Of a DNA stretch of 64,000 nt, positions 10,017-19,835 are shown in pieces. Source of the stretch: Kiritimatiellia bacterium. Its GTDB lineage: Bacteria > Verrucomicrobiota > Kiritimatiellia > RFP12 > UBA1067. The stretch's first letter is position 1. Each line of letters begins with the position of its first letter. The position numbers were made by a program, and so were the translations under genes. A model generated the notes under the pieces. That model did no database searches and was not told where the DNA came from. It saw only the letters and a program-made list of their open reading frames with translations. The DNA lies in the NCBI GenBank assembly GCA_050949565.1, contig JBMNFY010000016.1:32001-96000 (forward strand). Reading direction: 5' to 3'.

Positions 10017-10762
10017 AGCACTAAATACCTGTCCCTTAGTGCCTGAAAAATTTGGAGTGCGGCGGCAAGCGGTATTCCGCGCGACGCCGCTTTTTGAGCA
10101 GGAGTGCAGAGGCAAAGCGGCGCGCAAAGGCGGTGCCGCGACCCGCGCACAGCGCGGCTCTTGTCACCGCAAGATGAACACAGAGCAGCGCCTTTTCTCT
10201 CACGGTTGCGAGCCACTGCGACTGGCGACTGGCGACTCGCGGCTGGATCACCCCTCAAAAAACCTCTGCGTCTCTGCGCCTCTGCGTTAAAAAATCCCGA
10301 GCAGTGCCCCCAAAAATCCTTCGTGTTTCATGTGCGTTTCCTTTGGTGTCATGGGGCGGGGAAGAGGGTTGGGAGCAGGCTGCCGGTGAGCACTAAATAC
10401 CTGTCCCTTAGTGCCTGAAAAATTTGGAGTGCGGCGGCAAGCGGTATTCCGCGCGACGCCGCTTTTTGAGCAGGAGTGCAGAGGCAAAGCGGCGCGCAAA
10501 GGCGGTGCCGCGACCCGCGCACAGCGCGGCTCTTGTCACCGCAAGATGAACACAGAGCAGCGCCTTTTCTCTCACGGTTGCGAGCCACTGCGACTGGCGA
10601 CTGGCGACTCGCGGCTGGATCACCCCTCAAAAAACCTCTGCGTCTCTGCGCCTCTGCGTTAAAAAATCCCGAGCAGTGCCCCCAAAAATCCTTCGTGTTT
10701 CATGTGCGTTTCCTTTGGTGTCATGGGGCGGGGAAGAGGGTTGGGAGCAGGCTGCCGGTGAG
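10017..10762. repeat. Exact 372-bp tandem duplication (10017-10388 and 10389-10760)
   Basis: Both units start AGCACTAAATACCTGTCCC and end GGGAGCAGGCTGCCGGTG; identical ORFs at 372-bp offset in the ORF track. Confidence 0.95.
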
Positions 10763-12376
10763 TTCGTCGTCAACCGCGAAGAAGGCGAAGCCGGCGAGAC
10801 GGCGGCGGCGGGTTTCGGCGATCTGCAGCGCGGCGGTGACGGCATCGAACTGGCATTCGTCAGCGCCGCTGCCGAGACCGGGCACGAGTTTGTCCGCTGG
10901 CGCGGCGGCGAGGCACGCGGCGAGCTGTGCGTTGAAATCGGCCGGGCTTTCGGTGTAGATCATCGGGCAGGCGAAGTCGATCAGTCCGTCGCGCAGCCAT
11001 TCGGGCCAGGCTTGGCCGTGCGCGGCAGCGGCGGCGGGCGTGGGGAAGACGGCGGCTGAGAGCGAGACTTCGGGAGCGGCGTCGCGCAGGGCGGCGCGGA
11101 GTTCGCGGATGAAGGTGGTCATGGTGGCGCGGCGAAATTCGGCGAAGGGCGCGGCGAGCGCGCCGCCGGGCAGGACGTCGGCGGGCCAGGCGGCGACGGG
11201 CTGGCCGCGCGCGGCTTCGAAGGCCTTGCGGGTGGCGGGCGCGTAGCAGCCGGTGGTTCCGGGGTAGCGCACGTAGTCGAGGTGGATGCCGGCCACGCCG
11301 CGGCGGGCGAGGGTACGCAGGCTGTCGATCAGCAGGACGCGGTTTTCGGGCAGGGAGGGGCAGAGCCAGGGCAGTGTGTTGCCGGCGGCGTCGCGCATCA
11401 GGCGGTCTTCGCGGGTGAGGCGCGTAATCAGGGCGGGGGCGGCACCTTCGAGCGTCCAGCAGGTGACCCAGGCGTGAAGGGCGGTCTTGTGGCGGTCTGC
11501 GGCGGTGAGGGCTTCCGCCAGCGTATCGACAGAGGCGCGGCGACCGGACTGCGTATAGAGCGGGGTGGCGGCGCTTTGCCAGTGGACGAAAAGGGTGTTG
11601 ACGCGGTGCGCGGCGAGTTGGTCGAGTAGGCCTCGCCAGCCGCGCGGATGGCGGGCGGTCGGCAGCGGATTCCAAGCGGCGCGCATTTCGTTGGCGACGG
11701 TGGCGGCAGGGAGCGGAGCCGGGGCGGCCGGTGGCGGCAGGGGCGCCAGGCCGAGGTTGGGACAGAGGCTGCGGGCAAGGGTGTTCATCAGGGCGGCGGC
11801 GGAGGGGTAGGCCAGCGGCGGGACATGGGCGAACCAGACGCCGCGCGGGGTGAGCGCGCAGGCCGGAATGTCGGTATTGCGGCCGGTATCGTCGGCCCAG
11901 GTGGCCACGACGCGGGCGTCGGTGCCGGGACGGACGGAGGGAGGGATGATGCTGGTGGTGACGTGGGGGACGCGCGCCGGGGCACCGGGCAGGCGCGAGG
12001 GATCGCAGATCAGGGCGGACCAGGGCTGCGCGGGTTCGGAGCCTTGCCAGGTGCCGGGGCGCAGGCCGAGGCTGGCGGCGAGTTGGGGCGAGGCGTTGTA
12101 GAAGACGATAATGCGGCCGTTGCGGTCGACAAAGCGGGTGAGGCGGCTGAGTTGGCGTGAGGGGAGGGTGGGGGAGTAGGGCAGGAGCAGGAGCGTGTAG
12201 GGGTCGAGTGCGTCGAGCGAGTCGTCGATGACGGTGCAGGGGATGTCGGCTTTGGCGAGCAGGCGGACACAGCGGTCGGTGAGGGCGTCGGCGAGGGCGG
12301 TTTCGCCCGGTGCGGTGGTGTCGCTGGCGCGGACGATGGCGACGGCATCGGTGCGGGCGAGCGGGCTGAGCCACGT
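10721..12376 (-). pseudogene. Glycosyl hydrolase-like 10 (DUF187-type) protein, 5'-truncated
   Basis: EMRAAW, LHAW, WLCPS, GIHLDYVRYP, LSAAVF, FACPMIY motifs; the ORF extension to 12757 is antisense to the 12441 gene and no credible start is present. Confidence 0.65.
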
Positions 12377-12440
12377 GAGAGAATGGACGCAAGCTACAGT
12401 TGGTGAATGGCTTAACCAGCCGGAATAAGGAGTGATGTAA

Positions 12441-13148
12441 ATGACTAGACGAGTGATGATGACATGGATTGCGGGATGCATGCTCGCGGGAATGGCGGGG
12501 CTGTCGCATGCCGCCGAGGGAGCGCCGGTGTTGATGATCGGCGACTCCATGATGCGGCTTTTGGGGATCGCCATGGAGAAGGAATTGGCTGCGGCCGGCG
12601 TGACGCCCGCCACGTCCTTTTCCTCGCTGGGGTCGGGCTTGGCCCGTCTGGATGCGTTCGACTGGTTCGCGAAGGTTGACGAGCTGATGAAAGAGCACAA
12701 GCCGAAGACGGTGGTGGTGTCGCTCGGCGCGAACGACCGGCAGAAACTCAAGGACACGACCGGCCGCGTGGTGCCCTACGGCAAGCCGGAGTGGGAGCAT
12801 GAGTACGCCCTGCGCCTCGGGCGCATCATGGACGATCTGATCAAGGGCGGTGCCACGCGCGTGATCTGGCTGCTGCTACCGGACATGAAAGAGCCCGTGC
12901 ATCAGACGTATGCCCAGTCGCTTAACGATATCTTCAAGCGTTTGGCGCAGGAGGAGTCGCGCAAGGATAAGGTGGTGCTGTTTGACATGGCACCGTTGCT
13001 GACGCGCCGTCCCGGTACCTTCTCGCTCTATGTCATGGCGCCGAACGGTGCGCCGCTGACCGTCCGCGATGCCGACGGCGTCCATCTGACCAATGTCGGT
13101 GCTAAACGCGTCGCGCAGTCGCTCGTGCAGACCTATTGGAAGAAGTAG
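12441..13148 (+). CDS. SGNH/GDSL hydrolase, DUF459-like (possible polysaccharide O-acetylation protein)
   Basis: IGDSMM, GSGLAR.D.FDW, LGAND, R.ADGVHLT; signal peptide; AAGGAG RBS. Confidence 0.8.
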   Translation: MTRRVMMTWIAGCMLAGMAGLSHAAEGAPVLMIGDSMMRLLGIAMEKELAAAGVTPATSFSSLGSGLARLDAFDWFAKVDELMKEHKPKTVVVSLGANDRQKLKDTTGRVVPYGKPEWEHEYALRLGRIMDDLIKGGATRVIWLLLPDMKEPVHQTYAQSLNDIFKRLAQEESRKDKVVLFDMAPLLTRRPGTFSLYVMAPNGAPLTVRDADGVHLTNVGAKRVAQSLVQTYWKK

Positions 13149-13179
13149 AACGCTTTTACGGTGAGAGGATTGGGGATTT

Positions 13180-16100
13180 ATGAGACCGACATTTCGTTTT
13201 GGTGTGACGTTGTTGGGCACGGCGCTCACGGCGACCGTGCTGTTGGCGCAGCGCCCCCCTGCGAAGCCACCGGTCAAAAGCACGTTCCCGCTGGCCGAGA
13301 GCACGCTTGATCGTGAAGCCATGGAGCAGGCGATCGCCGAGGCGCGCGCGACGGACGTGTCGACGACAGTCCCCGCCGCCCTGCTGTACCGCGGCCTGAT
13401 GCTTTCGCAGGAGGAGAGGTACGCCGAAGCCGCCCCGTTCCTGGAAGAGGCGCTGCGGCAGGATCCTTCGCAGCAAGCCGGTTGGGAGGCACTGGGTTGG
13501 GCGTATATCCGCACCGATCGGAAAGAGCAGGCGTGGCAGTTGTGGGAGTATTTCCAGCAGCTCATGCCGAATGAGTGGATGCCCTACAACCTGCTGGCGC
13601 AGGGCGCGATCATGAAGCAGGACTGGCGTGCCGCCGATGTCCACTTCAAAAAAGCGCTTGAACTGAAGCCCGACCTCTTTGACCTGCGCTTCTGGTATGC
13701 GCGGAACCTGCTGCGCATCGGCGAGCCGGATGAAGCCGAGCAGGTTTTCCGGCAGTTGATCAAGGAGGAGCCGGATCGCCTGGACATCCAGATCGACCTC
13801 GCTAACCTGCTCACGCATAAACTCGAATATGACGAGGCCGTGGAGCTTTTCCGCCATATCAACGAGGAGTTGCCCGGCAACACCGGATTTATGATGGAGC
13901 AGGCGGTGCTGGAACTGCGGGTCGGCGAGTTGAAGCGCGCCGACCAACTGTGCCTGGATGTGCTGGAACTGGAGCCGGAAAACCCGCGCGCCATGGCGCT
14001 GCGCGCCGACATCGCCGAAATCGGGAACCTCGGCGACCGCAGTGTCGACCGCCTGAAGAAGGTCATCGACAACACGAAGGATCCCGTGCAGCGCGGCACA
14101 CTGCGTGTGCGCATGGCCAACCGCTGCCATATGCTTAACCAGCGTAGCCCCGGTTTGTTCTCGACACGCTTTATTCTGGATCAGATCCGGCAGGCGATCG
14201 ATGAAAACCCCGAGGATGTCGCCATCCGGACGCTGTACGCAGAGCGCCTTTTGCAGGCCCGCCGCTACGAGGAGTGCAAGGGCTGGGCCGTTGAGGTGCT
14301 TGAGAAATACAACCGGCACAATCTCCGCGCCAAGACACTGCTCTTTGAACTGGCCTTGGTCGAGCGGCGCTTCGAGGATGCCGAGCAGATCCTGCACGAC
14401 CGCTTTTCGAATTTCGACCCGACCGACCCGATGCGCTATTACTACGAGGCGCGCTTGCTCGTCGCGCAGGGCGCCTACCGCGAGGCACTCCAGCGGCTTG
14501 ATAAAATGGAGGCCGCGGCGGAGCAGGGCGCGGTCTTCACACTGCTCTACCATGACTTGACCGAAAGCGACTGGGTGCCGGCCACATCGGTGCGGCGGCT
14601 ACATGAGCACCTCTCCGCGTTGCAACGCGAGGGGTTCATCTTGATCTCCCCGACCGATATCCCCGCCGTCATCGGGCTACGACCGGGCGAGAGGCGTCAG
14701 GATCCGGAGTCTGAAGAGGAAGCGGTGCCTTGGACTGCGCGTTTGATCGATCATGTGCGCTACGGCGTCACGGGCGAAAAGAAATTCAAGTCAGGCAAAA
14801 AGATTCGCCCGCATAAGAGCCCGATGAAGGTCGTGGCGGTGACCTTTGACGATGCCTTGCGCTCCGCGTTCGCGCTCGGCTCGTCTGTCGCCGAGGATTT
14901 CGGCGTACCCTTTGGCATGTTTGCAATCACTCGGCCGCACAAGGAGTACGTGCCCTCCGTTGCCGGCTTGGAATGAGATGCGCGAATACGCCGCTTCCGG
15001 CAACTGGATCATCGGCAGCCATCTTTATGACGCACATTACAATCAGCCGATCGATAAAGAAGGCAAGTCCATGCGGGCAGTCCTGCCCAATCGGATCTGG
15101 GTGCCGGAAAAGAACCGCCTGGAGTCCATGAACGAGTGGGACCGGCGCATGCGCCGCGAGTTCCGGCTGAGTCATAAAGTCCTGCACGACGAGATGGGCG
15201 AGGAAGCACACCCGGTCGACATGGTGGCCTATCCGTTCGGCGATATCGGCCAAGAGAGCGCTTGTAATCTGGCTGTGCTCAAAAACCCGATGCAGAGTAT
15301 CATTTCCGAAGCGGCGCGCCACTATCAGGTCGGCTTTCTCCAGGGCATCAGCGGCTATACCGTGTCCGGCGACAATCTTATGCTGGTCCGCCGATACGAG
15401 CCGGACTGGGCTGACGAAGGGGCGGACGTTGTGCGCCATGCCTATGAGTACCATCCGGTCTTCATGGCGCGCCGCACGCGGGTCGAGATCGCCTTTCTTA
15501 TGAACAAGCCGCATCTGGCCGAGGAGATGCTGGATCTGCTCAAGCGCGACGGCTATCCCGAAGAGCTGTGCCGGAAGATTATCGTGGAAACCCGGGCGCA
15601 CTTCCGCAACCGCCCGCAGCGCGATGTCCGGCCACTCGTGTCAACTTCGATGGTGGCGGTCGAGAGCGCCGCTGGCGGCGGCCAGACCGCGCCGACCCAC
15701 AGTGCGCAAACGATGCAGGGTGCCCTTGAACGCGACCCGAACGCACCGATCGACCCCACTGCCCGCGAGGCAGTCGAAGGCCGTGAGTCGGAGTTCAAGG
15801 AACAAGAGGGCGTGGGTCATTATCAAGAGGGCAATCCCGATCCGTGGGTCTATCTCTCGCATCCGTTCATCGGCGGCGAAGTGTCGCACAGTAAGGCCAA
15901 CGACCAATTCGAGATCCTGCGCTACGGCGGGCGCGCCGGGCTTAATCTCAACCGCAACCTGCAACTCTCCGCAGAGTATTTCGAAAGCCGCATCGAGCAG
16001 CGCTTCCGTGCGCGTTGGAACGCCATCTCGTACGATCCCGACGACATGACCCGCTACCTCTTCAAGGCACTCAAGCGCGAGGCGCGCGCACGGCTCTCCT

Positions 16101-16855
16101 ACCGCACTGCCAGCGGCGCGACCCTTTCCGGGTCGCTCGGTGTCGCGAACCTTGATCCAGATTACGACGAAGACGATCTCTTCGACATCGATATGGAAGA
16201 CTACCCGGAAAGCGACGAATTCGATCCGGCCGATGATGATAACGAAATAATCGGCGATCTCTCCGCACACTGGGCTCCGCGCGACGACTTGACGCTGTTT
16301 GTCTACTATGCACGTGATCTGGTGACCTCGGCGGTGAAGTCGTTAACCTCGGATTCCGTTGGTGCTGTCGCACGCTGGAAGCCGAAGGACTCCTGGCATG
16401 TCAATCTGCGCAGCCAGTACTGGAGCTACGAGGACGACAACGCGCTCTTCTATATTCAGGGCGAGTCGTTCTGGGAGATCATGCCTGACGTCGGTGTCTG
16501 GGGTGGCCTCGACCTTTCGACCGTGACCTCCAGCAAAGCCAGCGACTATTACTGGACCCCGTATTGGGATCAGCGTCTGCTGGGCGTGTTGCGTTATCTG
16601 CAAGCGTGGCAGGGTTACACCTTCCGTCTTGACTTGCTCGGCGGCTTGCAACGTGAAGACGGACGTCCGCTACGACGTTCCGATGATGAGGACTTAGGTG
16701 GCGGCAAGAGCGATTGGGAACTGGTTTGGGGCACGTCAGCGACCTACAACAAGCGGTTGGGCAGCTATTTCGACCTGTTTGTCGACGGTAGCGTCATGGC
16801 CCTGCGCGATTACATCGACCACCGATTCCTCATCGGCTTCAACCTGGGGTTCTAG
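13180..16855 (+). CDS. TPR + polysaccharide deacetylase (NodB/PgaB-like) + outer-membrane beta-barrel protein, split by a 1-nt frameshift near 14968
   Basis: TPRs, LLYHDL and VAVTFDDA in ORF 13180; GSHLYDAH, AYPFG and a barrel ending GFNLGF in ORF 14846; removing one T from GGCTTGGAAT joins them (VAGWNEMREY). Confidence 0.75.
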
Positions 16856-17610
16856 TTCTCCGCAAGCTCTTTGATCCGAACGTTGCGGAAATAGATCGCC
16901 GCGTTGCCGTGCTTCCCTTGCAGGCCGATGCGTCCCTTTGTGGGCAGCTCGGCCCACGGGCGGCTCAGCCACGGCGGGATGTCGCTGCCATCGGGATTCT
17001 TCTTGGCTGACGTCCAAGCCGACAGGTCGGTATCTACCGTAATCTCCTCATTGACGAGTACCTTGACGCGCTTGCCCTGCGCGGTGATCGTCATGCGGTT
17101 CCATTCGCCGGCCGGCTTCGCGTTGTTGACCTTGGGCGGCAGATGTCCGTAGAGGCCGCCGTTTCTGGCGAAAGGCTGTTCTTTGCTCCAGTGCGGGTGA
17201 TTGTCGTCGAGGATCTGAATCTCGACAGTGTTAGGAATCCAGTTCGCCATATCGCTGCAATAGATCAGCACGCCGCTATTGGCCGCAGGGTCGCAACGGT
17301 ATTCAACATCGAGCATGAAGTTTTCATAATCGCGGTCGGTCCAGATCGCTTCATCCTTGTTGGCGGTCAAATGGCCTTGTGCATCGTAGAACCAGACGCC
17401 CTTGGTGAATACCGCGTTGCTGAGGTTCAGGTCGAAGAGCGAACGCCAGTTCCGCGAATCCGGATGCGCGCTCGGCGCAATCTGGACCGTACCCGCCGTG
17501 CAGGCCGCAACATCCGCCGTGTCACACGTTGCCGATTTGTCCCGCGAAAACATTGAGCATCCCGCCGTTACCATCACGCTGCCCGCCATCATCCACACAA
17601 CCGCTCGCAT
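16852..17610 (-). CDS. DUF1080 (3-keto-disaccharide hydrolase-like) lipoprotein
   Basis: Lipobox VTAGC; NSGV, EIQILD, GEWN, GRIGLQGKHG, FRNVRIKEL; AAGGAG RBS. Confidence 0.85.
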   Translation of the reverse strand: MRAVVWMMAGSVMVTAGCSMFSRDKSATCDTADVAACTAGTVQIAPSAHPDSRNWRSLFDLNLSNAVFTKGVWFYDAQGHLTANKDEAIWTDRDYENFMLDVEYRCDPAANSGVLIYCSDMANWIPNTVEIQILDDNHPHWSKEQPFARNGGLYGHLPPKVNNAKPAGEWNRMTITAQGKRVKVLVNEEITVDTDLSAWTSAKKNPDGSDIPPWLSRPWAELPTKGRIGLQGKHGNAAIYFRNVRIKELAEN

Positions 17611-17788
17611 GCTTATCTCCTTCAAAAGTTTGTTAGCTGATACGGTTGAAAGCTTACGAAATTTGGAGTGCGGTGACAAGAGACCAAAAAACCTCTGCGT
17701 CTCTGCGTTAAACCTAATGGGAACCACGAATGGACACGAATAAACACGAATTGTGTACGACAAAGGGACAGGTATTTAGACGACCCGC

Positions 17789-17929
17789 AGTCGGGAGCGC
17801 GGGCGTCCTCGCCCGCTCTGTGAAAGGTCGGCCGAGATTCCGATGCGCGGTTTAGTTTTCAAAGGAGGTGAGCGCATCAATCTTTTGCAAGACACGTTGT
17901 TGCGGGCGAGGACGCCCGCGCTCCCGACT
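17789..17929. repeat. REP-like doublet with perfect 28-bp inverted repeats
   Basis: AGTCGGGAGCGCGGGCGTCCTCGCCCGC at 17789-17816 and its reverse complement at 17902-17929. Confidence 0.9.
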
Positions 17930-18032
17930 CTCTGCTCGACCTTTCACCAGAAAACGCATGACCTTCGCCCCCCCCGTCGCTAACCGATTACGTCGTGTAA
18001 CCGACGGGCGTTAAAAGTTGAACGTTGGGCGT

Positions 18033-19286
18033 TCAAGTGCGCAAATGACCCAAGGATATGACATGGATGCCGTCTGGGCGGGTATAGCTCGTCTGTCCGC
18101 CCGTGACGACGCAAAACGCGGCAAGGTGCCCGAGTCTCCGATCCGTCAGGCGGGTGCGCAGCTTGCCGAAGTTCACAACGGCCTCCTCAATCGCCTTTTC
18201 TCCACCAAGTTTGACTTCAACGCCGATCCACGCGCCGTCGCGCCGCTCAACGATGGCATCAATCTCAAGCCCAGAGGAATCGCGATAGTGAAAGACTCTG
18301 GCGTCCACGATGTCGGCATATACCCGCAAATCCCTGACAACCATGGATTCGAACAACAAGCCCATCGCATTGAGATCTTCCAGCAAACGGTCGGCAGAAA
18401 TCCCGAGCGCGGCGGTGGCCAACGAGGGGTCGATGAAATGCCATTTGGGCTTAACCCGAGTCTGGATGCTTGACCGGATGTGCGGTTTCCATGCCGGCAG
18501 CTCTTCCAACACAAAAATCCGGGTCAGTTGATCCAGATATTTTCTGACCGTCGGCACAGAGAGGTTGCCCGAAGGGATTTCAGCCTCTGTAGCCAGCTTC
18601 TGGAGCGCGGCTTCCGTGGACGTGTTTCGTGCTAGAGCCCTCAATAAGGCGGTCATGCGAATGGGGTCGGGCCGGCCGTCCAGCGTTCGAAGGTCAACAT
18701 CCGCGAGGTTATCCACATAGTCTGTCAGTGCGTCCATCGCGGCGGTGGCGTTCAGCCTCTGCAACGCCGGCCAGCCGCCCTTAACGATGAGTTCGGCGTA
18801 TTCGGGCACCGTGGGGCCGCCCATGCCGCCAACGGAAATATCTTTTGAAAACAAATCGGTCAACCGGACCTGCCCGGTACTGACTGACTGTTCGAGCAGC
18901 GTCATCGGACGCAGCGTCAGACGCGCCATGCGTCCCGCTCCGGTATGCCGGGTCTGATCCTCAGTCGGCGCAGCAGAACCCGTGAGGATGAATTGGCCGG
19001 GCTGACCGCGTGCGTCGATCTCCGCCCGGATGGAATTCCAGATGGAGGGTGCCAGTTGCCACTCGTCAATCAATCGAGGCACCGGACCTGCCAAAAGCGT
19101 CTCGGGGGTCAGTTCAGCCGCGTGTATTAATTCTTGGCGCTGGTCCAGACGAACTGAACTCTTGGCGTGGTGCAATGCCGTGGTCGTCTTGCCAACAGCC
19201 CGCGGCCCCCGGAGCACAACGGCGCCGGTCGTCTGTAATTTCCTCGCGATTAAGGCGTCGAGCAACCTCGGTTTGTATGCGTTCAT
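18033..19286 (-). CDS. AAA family ATPase with C-terminal DUF4143 (PD-(D/E)XK-like) domain
   Basis: GPRAVGKTT, LIDEWQ, FILTGSA, FIDPSLA, GLLFES, YRDSSGLEIDAIVE..EVKLG. Confidence 0.9.
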   Translation of the reverse strand: MNAYKPRLLDALIARKLQTTGAVVLRGPRAVGKTTTALHHAKSSVRLDQRQELIHAAELTPETLLAGPVPRLIDEWQLAPSIWNSIRAEIDARGQPGQFILTGSAAPTEDQTRHTGAGRMARLTLRPMTLLEQSVSTGQVRLTDLFSKDISVGGMGGPTVPEYAELIVKGGWPALQRLNATAAMDALTDYVDNLADVDLRTLDGRPDPIRMTALLRALARNTSTEAALQKLATEAEIPSGNLSVPTVRKYLDQLTRIFVLEELPAWKPHIRSSIQTRVKPKWHFIDPSLATAALGISADRLLEDLNAMGLLFESMVVRDLRVYADIVDARVFHYRDSSGLEIDAIVERRDGAWIGVEVKLGGEKAIEEAVVNFGKLRTRLTDRRLGHLAAFCVVTGGQTSYTRPDGIHVISLGHLRT

Positions 19287-19313
19287 GTGCCCAAAGTATC
19301 ACACCGTTTTCGA

Positions 19314-19368
19314 TTTTGCAACACTTCGTGTTTGCGTTTTGCAATGCTTCGCGTTTGCGTTTTGCAAC
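19314..19368. repeat. 23-bp direct repeats (about 2.4 copies) upstream of the ATPase gene
   Basis: TTTTGCAACACTTCGTGTTTGCG / TTTTGCAATGCTTCGCGTTTGCG / TTTTGCAAC. Confidence 0.85.
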
Positions 19369-19397
19369 GAATGTTGAGCGTTGGGCTACCGTCTAAT

Positions 19398-19826
19398 GCG
19401 GGCGGAGCCCGCAACCCAAGTTAATTAGTGCATTAGTTAATTAGTGCATTAGTTTGTCCGGGAGTGCGTTCCCCCCCAAAAACCTCTGTGTTCTCTGTGG
19501 TTCCCAAAAACCCGCTCCATGTCTTTCCGTGTGTTCAGTGTATTCCGTGGTTCCAAAACCCGAACCATGAAACACATGAAACTTCATGAAAAACCATGCT
19601 TCCTTTTTGTGTATTCCGTGTATTTCGTGGTTAAATAAACCCGAACCATGCCATGCCGCCCCAAAACCTCTGTGTCCTCTGTGTTCTCTGTGGTTCCAAA
19701 ACCCGAGCAATGCCCCTCAAAAAACCTCTGCGTCTCTGCGCCTCTGCGTTAAACAAACAACTTGTTTTTTATCGTGCTTGTTGAGCCGTAAGGCACTAAT
19801 GAACTTGAGCCGCGGGCTCCGCCCGC
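19398..19826. mobile_element. Mosaic repeat element: array of 9-bp-periodic modules bounded by 34-bp imperfect inverted repeats
   Basis: IRs at 19398-19431 and 19793-19826 (30/34 match); about six internal modules, several separated by AAAACCCGA(A/G)C(C/A)ATG-like linkers. Confidence 0.7.
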
Positions 19827-19835
19827 GTCGAGCGG

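Noticed and set aside
10016-10044. CIRCE-like inverted repeat GCACTAA-N11-TTAGTGC
   Set aside because: Spacing and arms do not fit TTAGCACTC-N9-GAGTGCTAA and no chaperone gene follows; it is part of the repeat cassette.
9930-10958. Many short duplicated ORFs in the ORF track
   Set aside because: They are translations of repeat DNA, with no RBS or recognisable domains.
10860-12800. 646-aa Arg/Pro-rich ORF and other long shadow ORFs (e.g. 13156-14553, 5232-6308)
   Set aside because: Alternate-frame or antisense artefacts of high-GC genes that have clear motifs in another frame.
19450-19790. CRISPR array
   Set aside because: Linkers are short and degenerate, the intervening pieces are themselves repeats rather than unique spacers, and there are no cas genes.
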